A program made the translations under genes and the position numbers. DNA of 64,000 nucleotides from Bdellovibrionia bacterium (lineage in GTDB: Bacteria; Bdellovibrionota; Bdellovibrionia; Bdellovibrionales; JAUICD01). The stretch's first letter is position 1. Every line of letters begins with the position of its first letter. The notes under the pieces were generated by a model that was given only the letters and a program-made list of their open reading frames with translations, made no database searches and had not been told where the DNA came from. The stretch covers positions 82,625 to 146,624 of the forward strand of contig JAUICD010000001.1 in the NCBI GenBank assembly GCA_030427965.1, given 5' to 3'. Of this stretch, positions 34,940 through 42,650 are shown in pieces.

Positions 34940-35659
34940 ATGAGATCATTTGTACTAAAGTTAGTAACGTTGAGTATATTGATACTGCCGACAACTTCAT
35001 TTGCAAAACTCAATAGATTTACGGGCTTTGAAAACGGGGATATGGGTATCTCTGTTTTACTCGGACAACCCACCCAGGCACGTTTTGTTTACTGGGAAGA
35101 TTGGAAAACTCAGTGGAATTTTGGACTAGGCTATGATTTCAATAACTTTGTCGACGTTGAAGCCAATTACGCTCTTTACTCTTACAATGCTCGTGATATT
35201 TGGAAAAAAAATCGTGTTCGAAACGCTTTTCTTTTTAAATATGGACCTGGGGTATTTGTTTTAGGAAGACTTTTTGGTGGAGGTGGTGGAAAGAGTTTTA
35301 GAGCTGGTGCCAGAGCCTTTACTGGACTGGATTATATTTTTGGCGGTTCTAGATGGGCTTTAAATGGAGAAATTGCAGGCCTTGTGTTTGCTGTGGGTGA
35401 TGAGTTTCTGGGGTTTCAGGGAATGGTAGGGGTGACTTTTTACTTTGCTCCTTTAGGCCGTCGTAAAAAAAATGAGCCAAACCTTAGAGAGGACGATGAA
35501 TTTAGTGAAGCTCCTCCGCCGCGAAAGAGAAAGAAAAGGAAAAAAAGAAGACGAAGGCCTACAAAAAAGAAGCTAAAAGACCCCAATGCTTGGGAAGGAG
35601 AAGAGTGGGATGAAAAAGAGGCAGCCCCTGGAGATGAAAATCTGGATGAGTTTCTATAG
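34940..35659 (+). CDS. small outer-membrane beta-barrel-like protein with ~70-aa charged/polybasic C-terminal tail
   Basis: Signal peptide (…LPTTSFA). Alternating aromatic/Gly beta-strand pattern ending in an OMP-type beta-signal GVTFYF. Tail follows: ...PPPRKRKKRKKRRRRPTKKKLK...EEWDEKE... Confidence 0.55.
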   Translation: MRSFVLKLVTLSILILPTTSFAKLNRFTGFENGDMGISVLLGQPTQARFVYWEDWKTQWNFGLGYDFNNFVDVEANYALYSYNARDIWKKNRVRNAFLFKYGPGVFVLGRLFGGGGGKSFRAGARAFTGLDYIFGGSRWALNGEIAGLVFAVGDEFLGFQGMVGVTFYFAPLGRRKKNEPNLREDDEFSEAPPPRKRKKRKKRRRRPTKKKLKDPNAWEGEEWDEKEAAPGDENLDEFL

Positions 35660-36331
35660 CTCAAGAACTCCTATCCAATAAGGCTCTTTGCTATTTTTTG
35701 ACAAAATCCTTCCGACATTTTCAATATTTATTTCATCACTAGATAAATTATAAATCTCTTTGGAGATATGATCTCTTGAGATCATGAGAATCTTGTTTCC
35801 ACTCTTTGCATAAAACGATTCAGTTTGAAAATCAAATCGTCTTTCTAGGCCTAAAACTTGATTTGGAAGACGACTTTCACCCTGTTGATTCATTTGATAG
35901 TTCAAAGATGGAGTATGTTTAATTGGAATTGGAAAGTTTTCTGGATTGATAAAATATGTATTGGGTTGACCGACCTGGATAATAGAAATTTCATTTTGAC
36001 CTATAGCAATTAATACTGTTTCAACTCCAATAGTGTATTGTTCACGATTGAATTCTTGATATAGTTTTTCATTACCAAGCATAGCTGCTGTTCTTAAATG
36101 ATTGGCTGAATCTGAAAGTTGTGGCACTTTGGGAAAAGGAGACGTGGAATCACTGTCCCTGATTGCACTTAAGTAAAAATCAACGATTGTATCGGTAAAA
36201 ATTCTTGATTTTGATTTTGAACCCCACGGTGTTGTAGCCACAAAAAGGCCGTGTTCAGATTCTAAGTGAAAATCGGGTGCTTGTATATACGAACTATCTC
36301 CCTTAAAGGATCTCTGTTGAAACATTATCAT
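35654..36331 (-). CDS. PP2C-like protein with substituted metal-binding motifs (putative pseudophosphatase)
   Basis: Collinear with the bacterial PP2C layout, but DGMGG reads TTPWGS, GDSR reads GQPN and SDGL reads SRDH. ATGA overlap with the upstream FHA gene. Confidence 0.4.
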   Translation of the reverse strand: MIMFQQRSFKGDSSYIQAPDFHLESEHGLFVATTPWGSKSKSRIFTDTIVDFYLSAIRDSDSTSPFPKVPQLSDSANHLRTAAMLGNEKLYQEFNREQYTIGVETVLIAIGQNEISIIQVGQPNTYFINPENFPIPIKHTPSLNYQMNQQGESRLPNQVLGLERRFDFQTESFYAKSGNKILMISRDHISKEIYNLSSDEINIENVGRILSKNSKEPYWIGVLEL

Positions 36332-38316
36332 GGTCCATACTTCTTCATTTTGATTTTTGATTTTTTATAGTACTCACCATCAGGCACATCAATTTCTACA
36401 ATTTTTTTCCATTTCCCTTTGGCATTCTCAATATTGCCAAGGTTCTCTTCAAGGATTGCATCTTGAAACATAACTCTTGTTTTTTTCAGAAGCTCTTTGT
36501 TAGAGCGAGTGATTTGATCTCGAGCCCTACTATTTTGAGGATCGAGTGCCAGTGCTTTTCGTATTGTGAGTATTGCTGTTTTATAATCCTGGGCATCGTG
36601 AGCTTTGTTGGCTTCTGAAACATACTTTGAAACCTGTCCCTCAATTTTGGTTCGAATACTTTGTATACTTCGTTTGGACTTTTCTTTGAATTTTTTTGGA
36701 TCTGGGTAACTGGAATTTAAATGATGTTGGTAGGCATCGATGGCATCTAAGAGCTTTCCCTTTGCTTCAATCGATTTAGCTTTTTGATAAGATGCAATTC
36801 CTCGTCGAACCTGTGCTTGGAAGTGTTCTTTGCTGGCAAGCTTGCGCCTTCTTTCTTGTACAAGAGCTTCAACTTTTGCAATGATTTGTCTAGATTTTTG
36901 ATTCTCAGGATCTAGCTCTAAAGCTTTTTGTAGGCAAGTTCTTGTTTTATCAATGTTGGGTTTTGAATAGGCGTTCCTCTCACAACCAGACACGATGCGG
37001 TGGACTTTGCTTTTTAATTTAGATTCCTCTGCTTGCATTCGTTCAAGCTCTTCTTGTTGACGGAGAGTTTCAATGGCTTGTCGGCTATATCGCTCGATGT
37101 CTCTTGAGTCTTTGTAGTTTGGTAGAGTTTCATGAATTGTACGAATTTCAGCAAGAGCAAGTTCATATTTACTAGATTTGTAAAACTTGTCTGCAGATCG
37201 ATACTTGCTTTCAATCAATGCTTGTTTCTCTGGTGGAAGAGAGTCAAAGACATTCTTTGGCACTTTTTGTTCTGTGGCTAAGTCTTTCTTATTTGAATCA
37301 ACATCGTTGAGACCTATATACAGAGCTCCTAGAATTACTGAAATCACTATAATTCGAAAAACTCCTCTGGCTTTACCTGATTTCTTTGTTCGCCTTTCTG
37401 GAGGTGGAATTCGTACCGCTCCAGCTGGTCCAGGTAAATAAGCAGTGTCATTTGTATCAAAAGAATCTAGATCTTTTTGAAGAACTTGAAGTTGCTTTTG
37501 AAACCTAGGGTCTCGTAATTCAAAATAGATTTTAAATTCTTTTATTTCAAGTCGATCTCCACTATCGAGTGGAACGCGAGTTCCTGGATTTAAAGGCTCT
37601 CCATTTAAATTTGTACCATTTGAACTATTGAGATCTATAACAAAGTATTCTTTTGCAGATTTGACAATTTCAAAGTGTTCGCGACTTGCTCTTGGGTGGT
37701 TGATTTGAATTTGACAATCTTCATCTCGCCCCGCAGTCCAAGATTCACCTTCCAGCTTAAGTACTTCATCTGGTACTCCGGGAGAAGTCAGTCTGATATA
37801 GGGTTCAAGGTGACTTGCACTATCATCGTTTGAATCATAAAACTGTGTTTTTTCATCAAAACTGGAATCAGTTTCTGTGGCGCCATATGTTGGATTTTTT
37901 CCAGACTCAAAATCGACTTCTGAATCTTGATCCGGTGTAAATGAAATGTCTTCTTCTGATTGAGACCCTAGGGCTTCGGTTTCTCCAAGAACTTCGGTGG
38001 CTTTCAACTGTTCTTCAGTGGAATCCAAATCAAAGAAAATACGATATTGTGAAAACCACACTTCCTGAATGTCATCATTGATTTCAATTTCAGAAAGGTT
38101 GGTATCTCCAGTATGACTTAAGAGAGAAAATTTCGAAAGACATTCGATTTTCCAGTGATCATTATCAAATACAATTTTGATGTGCTTTCTTGAGATAGAC
38201 TCATCTTCAATCACAATATCACAATCTAAAGATCGACCAATGAGGACCTCCTGTTCAGGATTGAGATCCAGTTCCACAATGATACTATCTCTGTTGTATA
38301 ATATAAGTCTTGCCAT
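36328..38316 (-). CDS. dual-FHA, single-pass membrane protein with long TPR/coiled-coil C-terminal region
   Basis: FHA1 (aa ~22-96: IGRSLDCDIVIEDESISRKHIKI, distal motif degenerate). FHA2 (aa ~190-266: AGRDEDCQIQINHPRASREHFEIV...DLNSSNGTNLNG). TM at aa ~318-336, then TPR-like repeats. Confidence 0.8.
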   Translation of the reverse strand: MARLILYNRDSIIVELDLNPEQEVLIGRSLDCDIVIEDESISRKHIKIVFDNDHWKIECLSKFSLLSHTGDTNLSEIEINDDIQEVWFSQYRIFFDLDSTEEQLKATEVLGETEALGSQSEEDISFTPDQDSEVDFESGKNPTYGATETDSSFDEKTQFYDSNDDSASHLEPYIRLTSPGVPDEVLKLEGESWTAGRDEDCQIQINHPRASREHFEIVKSAKEYFVIDLNSSNGTNLNGEPLNPGTRVPLDSGDRLEIKEFKIYFELRDPRFQKQLQVLQKDLDSFDTNDTAYLPGPAGAVRIPPPERRTKKSGKARGVFRIIVISVILGALYIGLNDVDSNKKDLATEQKVPKNVFDSLPPEKQALIESKYRSADKFYKSSKYELALAEIRTIHETLPNYKDSRDIERYSRQAIETLRQQEELERMQAEESKLKSKVHRIVSGCERNAYSKPNIDKTRTCLQKALELDPENQKSRQIIAKVEALVQERRRKLASKEHFQAQVRRGIASYQKAKSIEAKGKLLDAIDAYQHHLNSSYPDPKKFKEKSKRSIQSIRTKIEGQVSKYVSEANKAHDAQDYKTAILTIRKALALDPQNSRARDQITRSNKELLKKTRVMFQDAILEENLGNIENAKGKWKKIVEIDVPDGEYYKKSKIKMKKYGP

Positions 38317-39254
38317 TAAAATTGATCCTTAATGAGTAGTATACATTCATTTAGTCTTTCTCGAGTTTCACGATAGAGTTTGCTGTTTTGGTCACGATTC
38401 AATCTTAAGACTTGTCGGTATTTTGCCGCCGCTTTTGTGAACATTTTCTGTTCATAGTGTCTATTTGCTTCAAGTAGGGTAATTTGAATCAATTCATCAA
38501 GTTTCGTTTGGGACTGAGTAAGGTATCTTCGTGCTAAACTGTGATTTGGATATATTGAAACAGCTCCTGAAAAATAATGAATTGCTCGTTGATAGTTTTT
38601 TTCTCGATAATCTCTGAAGCCTTGTATAAAAAGAGCTTGTGCTTCTTTGTACTCAGATGAATTTTTCCCAGAAGCTTGTCTGGATCGAATAATTTCATTT
38701 TGATTTTGTTTAATAGCATCTATGGATTGTTCGATATCAGAGTCAGATCTCAAACCATTTTCTTTGTCTTTTGTTGAACTGTCGGAAAGAAGAAAATAAA
38801 GAATAATCGAAATGACGCCAAGTATGGCATAAAATCGAAACTTAGAATTGTTGTTTTTGGGTTTTCCAATTTCTGGAAAATCATCAATAATCTCACCTAC
38901 AGCACCACTTCTGGGTTCTGCTGAACTCAATTGCCCGGTTTCTATAACTTTGAGTTTAGTTGATCCAATGAGTATGATGGTGTTTGAACCAACGAGTGCA
39001 TTGTCTTCTTTTTGTCCATTGATAGTGATTTGATTCTGTTTGCTCACGTTTACAATTTGCAAACCAGATTCAGAAACATAGATAGTTGCGTGCTGACGAC
39101 TGCATTTCGGATCATCTAAAATGATATCGTTTTCAGGGCCACGTCCAATGTGAATTTGTTCTCTGAGCAATTGATACTCGACTCCTTTGTCGGGTCCATT
39201 GAGAACTTTTAAGCGAAACTTATGTAAAGATACAGGAACGGGTTGATTGCTCAT
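38316..39254 (-). CDS. FHA-domain single-pass membrane protein with TPR-like C-terminal domain
   Basis: IGRGPENDIILDDPKCSRQHATI ... ITINGQ FHA motifs. TM FRFYAILGVISIILYFLLS. The C-terminus has TPR-like AQALFIQGFRDYREKNYQRAIHYF. Confidence 0.8.
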   Translation of the reverse strand: MSNQPVPVSLHKFRLKVLNGPDKGVEYQLLREQIHIGRGPENDIILDDPKCSRQHATIYVSESGLQIVNVSKQNQITINGQKEDNALVGSNTIILIGSTKLKVIETGQLSSAEPRSGAVGEIIDDFPEIGKPKNNNSKFRFYAILGVISIILYFLLSDSSTKDKENGLRSDSDIEQSIDAIKQNQNEIIRSRQASGKNSSEYKEAQALFIQGFRDYREKNYQRAIHYFSGAVSIYPNHSLARRYLTQSQTKLDELIQITLLEANRHYEQKMFTKAAAKYRQVLRLNRDQNSKLYRETRERLNECILLIKDQF

Positions 39255-40793
39255 TTAAAACCCTCCCGCATTTTGATCTGTGATAGTTACGATGACATAT
39301 CTTGGTCCATTTGTATCAGTTATAACTTGTGCTTCGATGTCATGAACAATAGATCTGAACTCAATATTTCCTGATGCCACAGAGTTGGGGTTTGAAATAG
39401 CAGTCTGAAGAATATCTTGAAGGTTGAGAAGTAGGGGGCCATCTGGGATTTCTTCAATAGGTCTGTTATAAAGTATGCCGCCATTTGCCCCAATGAGATT
39501 TTCACAATCAGAATTTATAGCAATAATTGTGTTATGCATATCAATAATCATTGCTGGAGATTTGATGACTTTAACAACATTGTTGGCTTCCACTGTCACA
39601 TCAAATGTGGGTAACAAATCATGATCTAGAGGAGTGCCAATTCTTGAGAGTGCGCTATTGATGTTGACTGAAAGGCGTTGAATGGGTGGGTAGTTATAAG
39701 GTACTGATGTTTCATCAGTACCTTCCTTTAGTGCTTGATCAATTTGCTGATTGAGATTTTTAATTGGATACTCAATAAGTTTATATAGCAAAAAGTAAAG
39801 AATGAATCCCAAAAGAATTGCAAATGCGAGAACTTGTACAAAAAGACGAAGTACATCACTTGTTCGAATAGCTCTTGAGCCCATGTCATAGATGACAATT
39901 GAAAAAGCTCTAATGGATCGTTCACCTGTATCTGGGTTTAAAACTTGTATGGGTGTACTGGCCCCAATGAGAGAATCTGTAATTTGTTTTGTAATTCCAC
40001 GTACTTTTTTTCTGGCAACGTGAACAAATGGAAGATCTGGGTTTTGTCCAATTTTTCGTGCAGGAGCAAGTATGTGGCCATCATTTGCATCCACAACCAA
40101 AGCCGTTTGAACTCCCTGCACTCTTTCTTCTTCAATGGTAAAAGTAGCTCCGAGCCCGGTATTTAAAGCCGCTCGATATCGATTGGCTAAGTTTTTTGAA
40201 ATATCGGTAGCTCGTAACTGACTTTCCTGCTCGATTCTCTCTTTTGAAATTTGAATCATTGGTACAATTGCAAGAAGAGTTACCATAAAAATATAAATCA
40301 ATATAAAGCTTCCAAGCAGCCATCGAAACTCAGCCCATTCAGCTAATTTGTAAACACCAGGGAGCGCAACATTCTCAATGTAACTCTGTAGTGTCTTCAG
40401 CAATGAGTTTTGTACAACAGCTCCCGTTGCACTTTCTACATCAACTTTTAAGTTCAAAGCGTTGTTCCCTTGAACTTGTAGTTCGTTTTGTACAGCAAGA
40501 GAGTTTTGTTGTTCGGTTATTTCTATAAAAATTTCGTTTACGGTGATTTTATCACCAGCCTGGAGTATTGCTGTTTTGACAAGTATTCCGTTAACAAATG
40601 TTCCGTTACTTGAGCTAAGATCTTGTAAAATATAGTTTTCATTTTGTTTTGTTATTTTAAAATGCTTTCTTGAAATACTGGCATGTGGAATTTGTAAATC
40701 ACAATTGGCTTCTCGTCCAACAATGTTGTCTCCAGGTTTGATCTGATAGGTTGTTCCGGATACTGGTCCGGTAAGGACTTTAATGTACAACAC
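39255..40793 (-). CDS. FHA-domain protein fused to a 2-TM sensor-like module (periplasmic loop, HAMP-like linker, PAS-like C-terminus), no output domain
   Basis: VGREANCDLQIPHASISRKHFKI...DLSSSNGTFVNG. TM1 WLLGSFILIYIFMVTLLAIVPMI and TM2 LFVQVLAFAILLGFILYFLLY flank ~140 aa. Downstream KLIEYPIKNLNQQIDQAL and a ~110-aa alpha/beta C-terminal region. Confidence 0.72.
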   Translation of the reverse strand: MLYIKVLTGPVSGTTYQIKPGDNIVGREANCDLQIPHASISRKHFKITKQNENYILQDLSSSNGTFVNGILVKTAILQAGDKITVNEIFIEITEQQNSLAVQNELQVQGNNALNLKVDVESATGAVVQNSLLKTLQSYIENVALPGVYKLAEWAEFRWLLGSFILIYIFMVTLLAIVPMIQISKERIEQESQLRATDISKNLANRYRAALNTGLGATFTIEEERVQGVQTALVVDANDGHILAPARKIGQNPDLPFVHVARKKVRGITKQITDSLIGASTPIQVLNPDTGERSIRAFSIVIYDMGSRAIRTSDVLRLFVQVLAFAILLGFILYFLLYKLIEYPIKNLNQQIDQALKEGTDETSVPYNYPPIQRLSVNINSALSRIGTPLDHDLLPTFDVTVEANNVVKVIKSPAMIIDMHNTIIAINSDCENLIGANGGILYNRPIEEIPDGPLLLNLQDILQTAISNPNSVASGNIEFRSIVHDIEAQVITDTNGPRYVIVTITDQNAGGF

Positions 40794-41124
40794 GGAGTTG
40801 ATCTCCTTTTTCTACATCATTGAGCTCACCGGATTGAAATTCAAACACAGAGTCGTATCTAAACCCAGGGAGAGTGAGTCTCCAAGGTTTGAGGTTGCGT
40901 ATTGTTTTTTTAACGATCAAGTTTTTATCTACAAAAATTGCATCAATAGAAAATTTCATGAAGAAAGTATGAATGCTACTACACTTTGATATCCAAAGAG
41001 CAGTTTGCTTAGGAAACTCTTGTTTGCCAAGAAGTCCAATTAATCGATCGACAAATGAATTTGCTAAAATCACGCTTTCAGCAATAACCGAATTTTCTTT
41101 TGAAGTGTTGATCAGACGACTCAT
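40780..41124 (-). CDS. DUF192 (COG1430) family protein
   Basis: Pattern ...FVDRLIGLLGK...ALWISKCSSIHTFFMKFSIDAIFVDKN... matches the DUF192 core (R.GLmgr ... ihm.gM.f.lDiiF.d). Starts 2 nt after the tadC-like stop. Confidence 0.68.
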   Translation of the reverse strand: MSRLINTSKENSVIAESVILANSFVDRLIGLLGKQEFPKQTALWISKCSSIHTFFMKFSIDAIFVDKNLIVKKTIRNLKPWRLTLPGFRYDSVFEFQSGELNDVEKGDQLRVVH

Positions 41125-41126
41125 CG

Positions 41127-42026
41127 TTACCCACCTCCACTGAAGAATTTAAGAACAGCAGGGCCAAAAACCATGATAAATACGGCAGGGATTATTATAA
41201 ACATCAACGGTACGAGTATAAGTTGGGAAGCGCGAGCTCCGGCCTTTTCAGCACGAGTCACTCGTTCCATTCTCATTTGAATGGATTGTTGTTTTAAAAC
41301 ATTTCCAACAGGTGTCCCACTAGCCTCAGCATCAACAACCACAACAACAAAACTTGTAATTTCTTGAATGTCGAGTCGATCAGCCATAGCTTTGAGAGCT
41401 TCGGATCGAGAAGCTCCAACTTTGATATCCCGAAGAACTGTACCAAGTTCATCTGCAAGTACGGAATGATCTGCTTTTTCAACAACCCTTTGAATTGCAG
41501 AAATGAAATCCATCCCTGCGGCCTGTGTAGAGAGAGCAAGTAGATCAATGAAGAAAGGGAGATCTGTGATAATTTCTGTGTAGCGTTTTTGCTTTTCAGA
41601 CTTCACATGCATGTGTGGAAAGAAAGAGCCTCCAAAGCCAAGCAAAATTAAAACTCCTGGGTGATATCCCAATTCCAGTGTGAAGTTTAAGAGTGCTAGT
41701 AGAAGTGGGAAAAGCAGTCCCCAAAGAATTTGCATTCCAATAAACTCATTTACGTTGAGTTCAGTTGAAAGACCTGCTGTAAGAATTTTTCTTTGCACGC
41801 GCTTACGGTAATCTGGAGCCTGTATCTTTGAGACAAGACTCATGCAAAACCTGTGGACAAGTGGACGGGAGAGTTCAATAAATTTGGATTTGGATTTGTC
41901 GGGCTCGTCACCACTTGCCCATGAGAGTGTGGCATTCTCTTCATTTGTTGTGAGAAGCACATTGGATATTAAATAAATGGCAACTCCAACAAGAAGTAGT
42001 CCGCCAATTATCAATAAATCTCCCAT
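41127..42026 (-). CDS. type II secretion system F-domain protein, TadC/TadB-like pilus platform component
   Basis: N-terminal TM, central TMs, T2SSF segment LPFFIDLLALSTQAGMDFISAI...GASRSEALKAMADR...AEKAGARASQLILVPLMFIIIPAVFIMVFGPA. Confidence 0.8.
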   Translation of the reverse strand: MGDLLIIGGLLLVGVAIYLISNVLLTTNEENATLSWASGDEPDKSKSKFIELSRPLVHRFCMSLVSKIQAPDYRKRVQRKILTAGLSTELNVNEFIGMQILWGLLFPLLLALLNFTLELGYHPGVLILLGFGGSFFPHMHVKSEKQKRYTEIITDLPFFIDLLALSTQAAGMDFISAIQRVVEKADHSVLADELGTVLRDIKVGASRSEALKAMADRLDIQEITSFVVVVVDAEASGTPVGNVLKQQSIQMRMERVTRAEKAGARASQLILVPLMFIIIPAVFIMVFGPAVLKFFSGGG

Positions 42027-42056
42027 TTTTACCCTTTACATGTTTTATTGAGCGCC

Positions 42057-42650
42057 ATGACTTCTTTGATATTGGCGTCTCAATCTCCACGTCGTAGCCA
42101 GCTTCTTAAGGAGCTGGGTTATAAGTTTCAAATCCTTACAGTAGAAGTATCGGAAATCCTTGATGAAAACCTGAATTTGGATGAGGGGATTCAGAACATT
42201 GCTAGACAAAAGGCGAGGGCACTTGTTGAAAGTGGTAAGCTTAAGAAATTACACGACTATGTGGTGCTTTCAGGGGACACAGTGGTTGTGTTGGAGGGTC
42301 GTATTTTAGGGAAACCCCAAAATGAAGCTCAAGCTCGTGAATATTTGCGGCTTCTTAGTGGAGCAACGCATAGCGTTAAGACTGGAGTCTGCTTCTACTC
42401 GTCCTTATCTGGCCAGGAGTTAACGACCATTGAAACTTCAGAAGTTGAATTTCACACTCTAACGGATCAGCAGATTTATGAGTACGTTGAGACAGGAGAT
42501 CCAATGGATAAGGCCGGGGCCTATGGCATTCAAAGTTTAGATCGAAATTTTATAAAAGAAATTCGAGGAAGCCGTGAAAATGTGATGGGACTTCCCGTAC
42601 AACTTGTGTCGCAAATAATAGAAAAAAGTGGTTGGAAGTTTGAAAGATAG
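42057..42650 (+). CDS. maf: Maf-family nucleoside triphosphate pyrophosphatase
   Basis: MTSLILASQSPRRSQLLKELG and GAYGIQ motifs. An upstream TTG 42048 is also possible. Confidence 0.88.
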   Translation: MTSLILASQSPRRSQLLKELGYKFQILTVEVSEILDENLNLDEGIQNIARQKARALVESGKLKKLHDYVVLSGDTVVVLEGRILGKPQNEAQAREYLRLLSGATHSVKTGVCFYSSLSGQELTTIETSEVEFHTLTDQQIYEYVETGDPMDKAGAYGIQSLDRNFIKEIRGSRENVMGLPVQLVSQIIEKSGWKFER

